A stretch of 64,000 nt of DNA from the NCBI GenBank assembly GCA_038852285.1, contig JAWCKG010000006.1, positions 14,955 through 78,954 of the forward strand. Reading direction: 5' to 3'. The notes beneath the pieces are model-generated. The model searched no databases. It saw nothing but the letters and a program-made list of their open reading frames with translations, and was not told the origin of the DNA. The position numbers and the translations under genes are program-made. Shown one piece after another: positions 55,878-64,000 of the stretch (within the stretch, counting starts at the first letter, position 1; each line of letters begins with the position of its first letter). Source of the DNA: Candidatus Bathyarchaeia archaeon (lineage in GTDB: Archaea; Thermoproteota; Bathyarchaeia; 40CM-2-53-6; DTGE01).

Positions 55878-55904
55878 AAAACCCAACCAAACCCCACCCC
55901 TCCT

Positions 55905-55928
55905 ATTTCTAAGACTCCTGTTAGAAAT
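55905..55928 (+). terminator. hairpin 28 nt downstream of the LTD gene stop
   Basis: ATTTCTAA-GACTCCTG-TTAGAAAT, an 8-bp perfect stem. No clear oligo-T follows, so a terminator role is tentative. Confidence 0.25.
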
Positions 55929-56185
55929 GTTGCCGTGAAATGAAAAGGACAATCCACGAATGGAAGTGAACCTCGCCGGCTACAACCGAGTAGGAAGAAG
56001 TTCTCCCATCCACCCCAATCACGGCTCAATCACCCACCACTTTTTTCTAGTAACCGTCCCCTAACACTCGTCTCCACTTTGCCCTGAAGAAACCCCTAAG
56101 GTTAATGGACGGCTTGATCAGCCGTTGTTAAGGAACGAAGTGAATTTGATAGAATTAAGTCTTAAAGGCGTTTTTAACGAAGTCT

Positions 56186-57001
56186 TCAAACCGCCCTGCA
56201 AGCTAAAGCTAAGGCCATGCCTGTGAGGAGGGGTATGGGAAGTCCTGGAAACATGGTTCTTTTCTCCAAGATCCTTAAAGCCCCGTAGGACCCTGCGAGG
56301 ACGCCGAGGGAAGCGGCGGCCGCTGAAGCTACTCCGAGGTTAATTAAAGCCGTGTTAATGAGCATGGAGTAGAACACTAGGTCGCCTAGGCCGATGGTTA
56401 AGTCACCATAGTTTACCACAGCTCCTATGAAGCTTCCTACATCGATTCGCTCCGCCATCTTTCCTATAGGGCCCTTGTAAACTGAAACCACATCGTAGAT
56501 CGACAAGCCTAAAAGCAGTATCAGGCTTGTGAGCATGGGGATGGAGGATCCTAGAAACGTTCCGATGAGCGAAGATATCGCCGCCGCGCTGCCGATCTGC
56601 GACAGGTCTCCTCCTCGGTAAACACCGTAAGTGAGAAGACTCCCGATTAACAGCGAAGCCAACAGAGTTATAGACCTATCGTACGAGCGTTCGCCAAAGT
56701 AGAGTTGGCTGAACCATAATAGCAACATAACTACGGCCAACATCAAAGTCACCCTTATGATGTTGATGACAACTTTATGATGTCCATACCTCACCAACGC
56801 GTACATTAGGCTCGCGACTCCGAGCATTAAGAGTATGAATACGCTGCTGTTCAAAGTTGCCCCCATAAACGTCTCCGGGAACATCGTTAAAGGCTCAGCT
56901 TCGACCCCTCGAAGCTTCATGGCCAAGCCTAAACCCAGGGTGATGGCTAAGGTGGCGGCTATCGGCGTTAAATGTTTAATGGAGGCTTTAAACTTCTTCA
57001 A
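56186..57001 (-). CDS. presenilin / signal-peptide-peptidase homolog (A22 aspartyl intramembrane protease)
   Basis: Multi-TM protein with the YD motif (LSIYDVVSVYK), the GxGD motif (TIGLGDLVFYS) and a PAL-like PGLP near the C-terminus. Confidence 0.75.
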   Translation of the reverse strand: MKKFKASIKHLTPIAATLAITLGLGLAMKLRGVEAEPLTMFPETFMGATLNSSVFILLMLGVASLMYALVRYGHHKVVINIIRVTLMLAVVMLLLWFSQLYFGERSYDRSITLLASLLIGSLLTYGVYRGGDLSQIGSAAAISSLIGTFLGSSIPMLTSLILLLGLSIYDVVSVYKGPIGKMAERIDVGSFIGAVVNYGDLTIGLGDLVFYSMLINTALINLGVASAAAASLGVLAGSYGALRILEKRTMFPGLPIPLLTGMALALACRAV

Positions 57002-57515
57002 CGGCCAGAAACCTCTCGTACGCTTGAAGACAGTTACGGCAGAACATCTTCGACTTACGATCCGTGTCCAACACGTGGTTGGAGAAAGTCATGACGCAGG
57101 TAGGATTCCCGCAATGCTTCAAGCCCGCTACGTGACCGAACTCATGGACAACCTCCTTCGTCAACCGGTCCAAAAAGAGCTGCTTACCCCCTCGGTTTAA
57201 AAGTGCCCCGTCCAATCGGTGGTATGAAACAACCGCCACATTGCCGTTTAACTCAGCTTCACCGAACACGAAGTTGAGCGTTGAAGAGTAAAGGTCAACG
57301 GATGTAAGAGCCATCAAGTAGTCAACTCCTCTCTCCACCACGATTCGCCTTAACGAGTTTAGAATCAAAGAGGAATTGTACTGTGATCTAAACGGATTAT
57401 AGGCCTCCGGGGGTAGGGGTAAATCTCCGAAATATCGTACCTCCCTATTTAGAACCCTTTCAACACCAGGACTTACTTCATGGATTACTTGTTGACTCGA
57501 CTCCATCGAAGCCAT
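56988..57515 (-). CDS. amzA: archaemetzincin
   Basis: HEFGHVAGLKHCGNPTCVM...CRNC matches HExxHxxGx3Cx4CxMx17CxxC. The start is placed at the internal ATG (MASMES) so it does not overlap the upstream gene. Confidence 0.85.
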   Translation of the reverse strand: MASMESSQQVIHEVSPGVERVLNREVRYFGDLPLPPEAYNPFRSQYNSSLILNSLRRIVVERGVDYLMALTSVDLYSSTLNFVFGEAELNGNVAVVSYHRLDGALLNRGGKQLFLDRLTKEVVHEFGHVAGLKHCGNPTCVMTFSNHVLDTDRKSKMFCRNCLQAYERFLAVEEV

Positions 57516-57525
57516 AAACAGCGGC

Positions 57526-58782
57526 CTAGACGTCAAACTCGTCCCCCGCGTCAGGAGCGTAGGCTTCAAGCCCAAGCTCTTTCTCAGCGAAGGATGAAAG
57601 AGCGCGGCAATTCGCCTTCTCACCATGGACGACGAAGACCTTTGTTCCGCGGTCGAGGCTTTTTAAAACCTCATGGAGCTCTCTCCTACCGGCGTGGGAT
57701 GAAAAGTCAAACCTGAACACTTGAGCGTCAACCCTCCTCGACCTTCCATGGAGCATAAACTTTCGCTTCTCCAGCAGTATGCTTCCCGGGGTTCCAGGTA
57801 TTTGATAGCTGACGAGGATGATGGCGTTCTTCTTCTCCCTAGCGATCTGCTCCATGTAGAAAACCGCCGCCCCTCCCTTCAACATGCCCGCCGGGGAAAC
57901 GATGACTGAAGGCGTTTTAGCCGCTTTCCTCCTGTCCTTCCATTTGTTTATCCATTCAACTCTTTCAACAGCCTTCTTGAAAAGCTCAGGGCTCCGCAAC
58001 GCCTCCGGATAGTTGAGTAGAATCCTAATGGCCTTTAAAGCCATCCCATCCACGTATACGGGATATGGGAAATCGTACTGCGTTAAAATCGAGATGACCT
58101 CCTGGGACCGTCCAACCCCGAAGGCTGGCACCAACACGGTTCCCCCGTCCTCCACCACCTGAGTCGCGGTGGACACAAACTCCTTTTCAAGCTCAACCCT
58201 GCTTGGATGGTCCTCGTTAGCGTAGGTTCCCTCGATCACGATGGCGTCTAAATTCCCCAACTCCGTTTCAGCTGAATCGATAAGCCTCGTGGGAGCGGTG
58301 TTAAAGTCACCTGTGTAGAGGATTCTAGACTCCGACTCCACTAAGACCTGGCTGCTTCCAGGAATATGACCCGCGTTCAGAAGCTTCACCTCAGCGTTAT
58401 GGAATTTTACTGGTTCACGGTGAGATAACGCCACAGCCTTGTTTAACATGCTCTCCAAGTCTATATACTCATACGGCAGGTAGTAGCCGCTTAAATGTAT
58501 AAAGTCTCGGATCAAGAGGTCAGTTAACTTGAAGGTCGGCTCAACAGCGTATATGGGCATGTCCCCGCTTAAGTAAAGCAATGGAGTTAACCCACTATGA
58601 TCTAGATGCGCATGAGATAGGAAAATGGCCTCAACATTCCTCGGAGGGATGTGAACTGGAAAGCCTATCTCGCTGTTCATCATCACCCCGTAGTCGAGCA
58701 GCAAGTATTTATCATTCGAAACCTCCACCGCTACAGCGGATCTCCCTACCTCACCGCAAGCCCCTAAAAACTTCACTTTCAA
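57526..58782 (-). CDS. beta-CASP metallo-beta-lactamase ribonuclease (aCPSF2-like)
   Basis: HAHLDHSG motif plus beta-CASP motifs. At 418 aa with no KH domains. Confidence 0.8.
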   Translation of the reverse strand: MKVKFLGACGEVGRSAVAVEVSNDKYLLLDYGVMMNSEIGFPVHIPPRNVEAIFLSHAHLDHSGLTPLLYLSGDMPIYAVEPTFKLTDLLIRDFIHLSGYYLPYEYIDLESMLNKAVALSHREPVKFHNAEVKLLNAGHIPGSSQVLVESESRILYTGDFNTAPTRLIDSAETELGNLDAIVIEGTYANEDHPSRVELEKEFVSTATQVVEDGGTVLVPAFGVGRSQEVISILTQYDFPYPVYVDGMALKAIRILLNYPEALRSPELFKKAVERVEWINKWKDRRKAAKTPSVIVSPAGMLKGGAAVFYMEQIAREKKNAIILVSYQIPGTPGSILLEKRKFMLHGRSRRVDAQVFRFDFSSHAGRRELHEVLKSLDRGTKVFVVHGEKANCRALSSFAEKELGLEAYAPDAGDEFDV

Positions 58783-59175
58783 ACCTTACACCCAAGTAAA
58801 TTCGAATTAACCGAGCATTGAAACGCTTAAACCCGTAAGTGACGAGAGATAACCTCACCGATTTAATCTAATAGCCAAACTATAGAATATAAGCCCTTTA
58901 TAAACCCCTCGACGGGGGCTCTTCCTCTCGAGGTGTAAGGCTGACCACATGCAAAGCCGACCCACCTGCCTCCCCAACCACGCCTAGTGACTGTTCCATC
59001 AACTACGCTAAAACACGGTGCACGTCGACTGTGAGAGGTCATCCTAACTCAAAAGCCACCTTTTGGATGTAAGTTCCAACGAAACCTCCTTGATTCATTA
59101 ATTCAATAGGTAAGATTAAATATCACCGGTTGGCGTTCATGTTCTCAATAACCGCTTGCTTAAAGAGGATAACCA

Positions 59176-59877
59176 GTGGCAGTGAACTTAATCTCGAAAG
59201 GCAAGAGCTTCAGAGGATGTACGTTTATCACGGGGTTTCATGGAATAGGTGAAACAGGGTACATCGCCGTATCCTATCTGGTTCACGCGTTAAACGCTCA
59301 TAGAATAGGTTTCATCGACGTGGAGAGGCCTCCGCCATTCGTCACCGCCTCCGAGTCCGGGCTTACAACGCCCTTCGAAATCTACCGGCGGGGTAATATC
59401 GTTCTGCTCAAACTGGAGTTTCCTCCCCACAGGTCTGAGGAAGCTCAAATGCTGAAAACCATTTCATCCTGGGTGGTTAAGAAGAAATTTAAGGAGGCGG
59501 TTTTGATAGGAGGGTTGGACATATCCTTCAAGTCTGATGAAAGCGAGATTAAAATCGTCCCCACAAGCGCGTACTTGAATAAACCGAGGCGTGTGAAGAA
59601 ACCCATTTTAGATGAGGGTTTATTCGTCTTCGGGCCCTTAGCGGTGTTGCTCAGCGAGTTTGAGATCCACAACTTTCCAGCGGTAGCGATTCTGCCATAC
59701 GCCCAGGCGAACAGGGCTGATCCAGGCGCCGCCGCCGTGGCCATAAACATGATTTCGAAAATGTGCAACCTTAAAGTGAACACTGAGGACTTGGAGCGTG
59801 ACGCTAAGGAAATCGAGGAGGAAGTTAACAGAAGGGTAACTCAAGCCCGGGAGTCCATGAAAGGAGTTTACATTTAA
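59176..59877 (+). CDS. PAC2-family (proteasome assembly chaperone-like) protein
   Basis: FITGFHGIGETGYIAVSYLV N-terminal signature, at about 230 aa. Confidence 0.65.
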   Translation: MAVNLISKGKSFRGCTFITGFHGIGETGYIAVSYLVHALNAHRIGFIDVERPPPFVTASESGLTTPFEIYRRGNIVLLKLEFPPHRSEEAQMLKTISSWVVKKKFKEAVLIGGLDISFKSDESEIKIVPTSAYLNKPRRVKKPILDEGLFVFGPLAVLLSEFEIHNFPAVAILPYAQANRADPGAAAVAINMISKMCNLKVNTEDLERDAKEIEEEVNRRVTQARESMKGVYI

Positions 59878-59902
59878 CCACTAACCTCTAATCTTTTTCG
59901 GT

Positions 59903-60514
59903 TCAAGCTGGGTCAGCTTTAAACTTGAAGCCTCCTAAAACCCTGATCTGTCGGCTGGCTATGGCCTTCACCAAGCCGGATACCTCAACTCTTCCTGGAA
60001 TAAAGCTTAACACTTTCCCAACCTCCGGCAAAATGTGCGCGTCGCTTCCCCCCACGCCTGTCAAACCCCTCAAATAGGCGAGTCTACGCGCCATCTCGTT
60101 TTCCCTTCTACCTGAGCCACCATTCACCACCTCAACCGCGTGAGCTGGGACTCGGTATGCTAGCTCCCCTAGCCCCGTCGCCCGAAAAGGATGAGGAATG
60201 ATGATTAAACAGCCATGCTCCCTAGCGTAGTCCAAGGCTGATGGGATGTTCGACGCCTCAAGCTGAGGATTCTCTTCAACTCCTAAAAGTATGAGGTGTC
60301 CCTCCGCGAGGGAGAGCTCAACGGCTGGAACTATGAGTTTACCGGAATCCCATGGTAGGGACCGCGTTAACTTCGCGTATCCTTCAACAGTATCATGGTC
60401 CGTTATCACCAATCCGTCAAGTCGATCGTTTTTCACCAGGTATTTCGATAAGTCTCCGACGGTTATTGAGCTGTCCCCTGAGTAAACTGTGTGTACGTGG
60501 AAGTCTATTAACAT
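59903..60514 (-). CDS. PHP-domain metal-dependent phosphoesterase
   Basis: IDFHVHTVYSGDS start, HPF, and GGSDAH motifs. Confidence 0.75.
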   Translation of the reverse strand: MLIDFHVHTVYSGDSSITVGDLSKYLVKNDRLDGLVITDHDTVEGYAKLTRSLPWDSGKLIVPAVELSLAEGHLILLGVEENPQLEASNIPSALDYAREHGCLIIIPHPFRATGLGELAYRVPAHAVEVVNGGSGRRENEMARRLAYLRGLTGVGGSDAHILPEVGKVLSFIPGRVEVSGLVKAIASRQIRVLGGFKFKADPA

Positions 60515-62094
60515 GTTTCCAAGATTTCCTTTAACCGTTTTACTGGGTTTTCTTTGAATCTTACTATACGGAACTTCTTGCCTTCCCTCTCTTGAACCAG
60601 CCTTAATCGACTTGAAAGCCTACGCCAATAGCTGTCCTGCTCTACTAAAAAATAAACCACATCATAATCATTCTTCTCCAAATACCTGATCACAGTGGGC
60701 GCTGTTGCTCGAATCGATTCCTCTTCCTCACGGTCTGAAACCTCGGTTTGGGATACTGGGTAAACATCGTCAAGCTCAATGGGCACAACTCCGAACGGTA
60801 CGCCGTAAAAGCACATGTGCCGACTCGAAGCCTCCTGGTAAGGGACATCGTTTTCCAGGAGAAATTTACGGTACGGTTTTCCCTCTGGAGCTGGGATTAA
60901 AATCAGCTCCCTCACCCCCCTCGGCTTCGAGTACTCGGAAATGAGTTTCTCACGGTATGCTCTCAACTCAGGCCTGTAAAGGTCTTCATGTGAAAAGTAG
61001 AATAGCCCCCTTCTCTTAACCGGAGTCCCATACGCCTCAAAAATTCTACAATAATCCTTCAGATGTTTAAAGGCTTGGTATAGGGCTGGATGGGAGTTCG
61101 CCCTTTGCCTGACAAGCTCCCACAGCCTTCCCTCAAGAATCGCCTGCTTAACCCTTAACGTCTCCTGCCTGCACACCCATAAATTATGCCTAGCGAGGAA
61201 TCTAACCCTCCTAGGCTTAAGGAAGGCCCTTACCTCCCCTGGAGAATGCTTAACGCATTCATCGCACACGCATGGAAAGCATTCTAGGTCGCTGAGCTTA
61301 TACGTGCCGTATGAGGTTAGGTATCTGTCCGCTTTAGCGTATAAGGCGTAGGAGGCTGAGTCAAAGGTGTCAAACCCGCATGCCACGGCTAAGGCCATCA
61401 TCATAGGATGTCCCGCCCCGAACAAGTGGACTGGCCTGTCGAGTGGAATGTTCATTTTAACGGTTAGCATCATGTCGATCAACGTCTTGAACATGTATCG
61501 CTCCATGACCTGAGTTGGGCTGCCGAGGGCAAGCATGTTGAACCTTCTACGGGACATTTCCCTAGCTGAGTAAGCCAGCAAATCTGGATGAACGCCTCCT
61601 TGTATGGGGCCCATCCAAACGATGTCTTTTCGAGTCATCGCTTTTAGGGATAAGTCGGCCCTCCTAATCGTTTCCTCAACGGTCCATTTCGCCCTCGACT
61701 TGTCCAAATCGTATCCTGTGGGCACGTCCAGTATCACACCTATGTCCGTTGACACCGCCTCCTGAAATTCCAATATCTCCAGCGGTGTAACCTCTACTTC
61801 GCCGTACTCCAAGATTTGATACGCCCCTGAATCCGTTGAAATCACTCCCTGGAAGCCTAGGCGGTCGCGTAGCGGAGTTACCTCATCTCCTGCTCTTCTC
61901 CTCAACAGGTACGCGTTGACCATTATGCCTTGGAACCCCATTTTAACGGAGAGGTCGTTCACCTCAACTATGGGGTCGTATGGGTCGATAACCGGCAGCA
62001 AAGCGGGAGTCTCAAGGAAGCCGCTTTTCGTGTAAAGCTTACCCACTCTGCCCAGTAAATCCTTGCCGCGTAACTCGAAGGATCCTATCAACAT
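60508..62094 (-). CDS. tgtA: archaeosine tRNA-guanine transglycosylase
   Basis: FETPALLPVIDP, GAGHPMMMALAVACGFDTFDSASY, and the Zn site CVCDEC...H. Confidence 0.8.
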   Translation of the reverse strand: MLIGSFELRGKDLLGRVGKLYTKSGFLETPALLPVIDPYDPIVEVNDLSVKMGFQGIMVNAYLLRRRAGDEVTPLRDRLGFQGVISTDSGAYQILEYGEVEVTPLEILEFQEAVSTDIGVILDVPTGYDLDKSRAKWTVEETIRRADLSLKAMTRKDIVWMGPIQGGVHPDLLAYSAREMSRRRFNMLALGSPTQVMERYMFKTLIDMMLTVKMNIPLDRPVHLFGAGHPMMMALAVACGFDTFDSASYALYAKADRYLTSYGTYKLSDLECFPCVCDECVKHSPGEVRAFLKPRRVRFLARHNLWVCRQETLRVKQAILEGRLWELVRQRANSHPALYQAFKHLKDYCRIFEAYGTPVKRRGLFYFSHEDLYRPELRAYREKLISEYSKPRGVRELILIPAPEGKPYRKFLLENDVPYQEASSRHMCFYGVPFGVVPIELDDVYPVSQTEVSDREEEESIRATAPTVIRYLEKNDYDVVYFLVEQDSYWRRLSSRLRLVQEREGKKFRIVRFKENPVKRLKEILETC

Positions 62095-62126
62095 CTGTCC
62101 CTTAAACCTAAATGGCGAAAAAAGGT

Positions 62127-62558
62127 TTAGGGGGTTACCGCCTTTTCCTTGATGAACTCGTCGTATACTCGTTTCACTCTCTCCGCCGCCGGGCCGGATC
62201 CCTCAACGATGCCCCTCTCAGAAACCCTAATCTTATCCATTACAACGATGACTCCCGCGTCTTCGTAAAGCTTTACCATCCTTGGGAAAAGCCTCTCCAG
62301 TCTTTCAGCCAAGGTTCTTAGGTCGAAGGGCTTTTCAACCCCCTCCAACTCCTCCAACATGTTCCCAGGTATGATGAGCTTGAAGATCTTTTTACCTGTA
62401 GGATCCTTGGCGTCTGAAAGACATAAGCTGAGAGATTTATAGTCGACTCCGGCAAGGATTCCAGTATAGCTTTTCCCAGCTGAAGTTAACACCCTGACGG
62501 GCCTATTGAGCAGGGAGGAAATCTCCTCTAGGAACCTTCGCTCCGCCACGCTGGCCAT
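62127..62558 (-). CDS. Sm-like protein with C-terminal extension (SmAP3-like)
   Basis: Sm1/Sm2-like RPVRVLTSAGKSYTGILAGVDYKSLSLCLSDA followed by an extra domain of about 70 aa. Confidence 0.55.
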   Translation of the reverse strand: MASVAERRFLEEISSLLNRPVRVLTSAGKSYTGILAGVDYKSLSLCLSDAKDPTGKKIFKLIIPGNMLEELEGVEKPFDLRTLAERLERLFPRMVKLYEDAGVIVVMDKIRVSERGIVEGSGPAAERVKRVYDEFIKEKAVTP

Positions 62559-62585
62559 GAACCAAACCTCAACCTTGATTTTACT

Positions 62586-62819
62586 TTAACTTCCGTTAAG
62601 TTTATCGTCCGTAGATATAAAAACTGATTGCCGCCTCCGCCTTTTATACGCGGAGATTAAGGCCCTAGCCTCCTCTGGAGAGGAGGCCTTAGCCAATATC
62701 CTCCCGGATGTTATGAGCTCCCTCACGCCGCAGTAAGGGCAGATCTTGGATTTAGCTCCCTCAAAGGCCAAAGAGGGCCTTTTACATTTCCGACATAAAA
62801 TGATCAGCAACCCCTTCAA
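62586..62819 (-). CDS. small zinc-ribbon protein
   Basis: CRKC...CPYCG. It overlaps the upstream gene by 4 nt. Confidence 0.55.
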   Translation of the reverse strand: MKGLLIILCRKCKRPSLAFEGAKSKICPYCGVRELITSGRILAKASSPEEARALISAYKRRRRQSVFISTDDKLNGS

Positions 62820-63406
62820 TCAAACCGCCATTCAAGAATCTTCTCCAGATCTCCATTCGCTTCAAGCGTAGCGATCCAATCCACAACCCTTACTGCCGGC
62901 TTAACTTCACGGCTTAACACCGATAGGGCTAACTTCACGCATTCATCAACCCCAGCCTGGGAAGCGTTTATTTCGCACACCTTCTCTTCACCAAACCTTT
63001 CCAAACTTTCCACCAGACAAACATCCAACATCTCGGCCAACAGGTTCTCCCTTAACTTTTCCCGCGAATAACCCCTCCGCTCCAGCCTCTTCAAGAGTAT
63101 GCGGGGATCACATCTGAGGACGAACACGATTCTCACCCTGCTGGGGGAGGCGATTAAATGCGATAAATGCCCGTCCAGGATTATGGGCTCCTCACATGAC
63201 TTTAACCAAAACCTTTGAACCCTTCTTCGAAGCGCTGGAAGATCCACCGTAACCGATCCGTCCTCAGCCCCCTCTGGTAAAACTATGCGCTCATTTCTAA
63301 CCAGATCGTTCAAGTCCACGTATTTCGCGTGTAATCTACACGCTAGTCCCTGGGAAAAGACTGTTTTACCCACCCCCGGCGTGCCTGTAACCAAGATGAA
63401 GCCCAA
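62816..63406 (-). CDS. adenylate kinase isoenzyme 6 / Fap7-like NTPase
   Basis: ILVTGTPGVGKT P-loop at the N-terminus, followed by DGHLSH. At about 196 aa. Confidence 0.7.
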   Translation of the reverse strand: MGFILVTGTPGVGKTVFSQGLACRLHAKYVDLNDLVRNERIVLPEGAEDGSVTVDLPALRRRVQRFWLKSCEEPIILDGHLSHLIASPSRVRIVFVLRCDPRILLKRLERRGYSREKLRENLLAEMLDVCLVESLERFGEEKVCEINASQAGVDECVKLALSVLSREVKPAVRVVDWIATLEANGDLEKILEWRFD

Positions 63407-63855
63407 GAATCAACCGCTCGTCATCTACTTGAATTTAAAGTTGGTGCTCCGGGCGGGAGTTTCAGTTGAAATCCAACTTTTGAACCCGCGTCGACGGGTA
63501 TCTCCCCCATGTCGAGAGCCCGTTATACTTAACCGGATTGCATAGGCCTGTTAAGCCTTCTATACGACCGGAGCGCCTGAAACGAAGTTTTCAACAAAAC
63601 TATTTAACGTTATCTTTTTGAAGAAAATGGGATCACACCCATTTGGATTAGAAGTTCAACCTCGCCGTCTCAAGCTTTACGGTTTTGATTCGAAAGGACA
63701 ATGATAAATGTTTTTTCCAAGTCCTTATACTGGAAAGTCTACGTAAAAGATGCGTAACCCCATGGAGGATAACGCAACAAACATAACTTTAAGCCGTCTG
63801 TTTGATAACCATAAACAATATAAATGTAACGCTAAAACTATAATTTGTGATCGAT

Positions 63856-64000
63856 TTGGCAGTGGATTATGACAGATTGAGAAAGGAGAGAGTTAACAAG
63901 GCTAGGGAAGTTGTAAAGGAACTAGACGTCAAAGCCCTTGTCGCCACAACCATCGAAAACGTGAGGTACATCACTGACAGAAGGGCCTTCTTTGTGCTGG
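63856..64000 (+). CDS. 5' part of an M24-family (Xaa-Pro/creatinase-like) peptidase, continues past the window
   Basis: A TTG or GTG start followed by AVDYDRLRKERVNKAREVVKELDVKALVATTIENVRYITD, typical of the creatinase/prolidase N-terminal domain. Confidence 0.45.
   Translation, partial: MAVDYDRLRKERVNKAREVVKELDVKALVATTIENVRYITDRRAFFVL

Noticed and set aside
63453-63489. An apparent bulge-helix-bulge: GCGGG, bulge AGT, TTCA, GTTG-loop-CAAC, bulge TTT, TGAA, CCCGC.
   Set aside because: The bulges lie 5' of the 4-bp helix on each strand. This is the mirror image of a real splicing BHB, where the bulges are 3' of the central helix strands. It is therefore not an endonuclease substrate.
63285-63545. 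An 86-aa plus-strand ORF spanning the Fap7 start and the intergenic gap.
   Set aside because: Its first half is antisense to the Fap7 P-loop region. It has no motifs, and its composition is like a shadow ORF.

Overview
Archaeal chromosomal window with about 60 protein genes and 3 tRNA genes. The signal looks TACK/Thermoproteota-like: unsplit rpoB and unsplit rpoA, a Sulfolobus-type Zn/7Fe ferredoxin, multi-intron tRNA genes and an SmAP3-like protein.

Conserved core blocks:
- alaS (3' part) and leuS.
- rpoH-rpoB-rpoA-rpl30e-nusA.
- One long, tightly packed minus-strand unit: rps13-rps4-rpoD-rpl18e-rpl13-rps9-rpoN-rps2-memo-mvk-idi2-hmgA(class II)-membrane protein.
- mre11-rad50.
- presenilin homolog, archaemetzincin and a beta-CASP RNase.
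- PAC2, PHP, tgtA, an Sm-like protein, a Zn-ribbon protein and Fap7.

Accessory content:
- A membrane-anchored S8 protease.
- A DUF2330/DUF4349 envelope cluster with a membrane-tethered wHTH protein.
- An orphan radical SAM gene.
- A more AT-rich toxin-antitoxin islet (vapBC, an AbrB protein, a HEPN/NTase pair and a frameshifted second NTase/HEPN pair).

Findings I rate highest:
1. A divergent squalene/phytoene-synthase-like gene in an operon with a GGR-family reductase, behind a 19-bp-arm palindromic operator and a divergent RHH regulator.
2. An unannotated 30-codon Cys-containing ORF with a GGAGG Shine-Dalgarno, 40 nt upstream of the orphan radical SAM gene.
3. tRNA-Tyr and tRNA-Asp genes that each need two introns, including non-canonical positions.
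4. A roughly 27-nt motif present in two intergenic sites that bracket the accessory block.

All functional calls come from motif recognition by eye. No database search was run.
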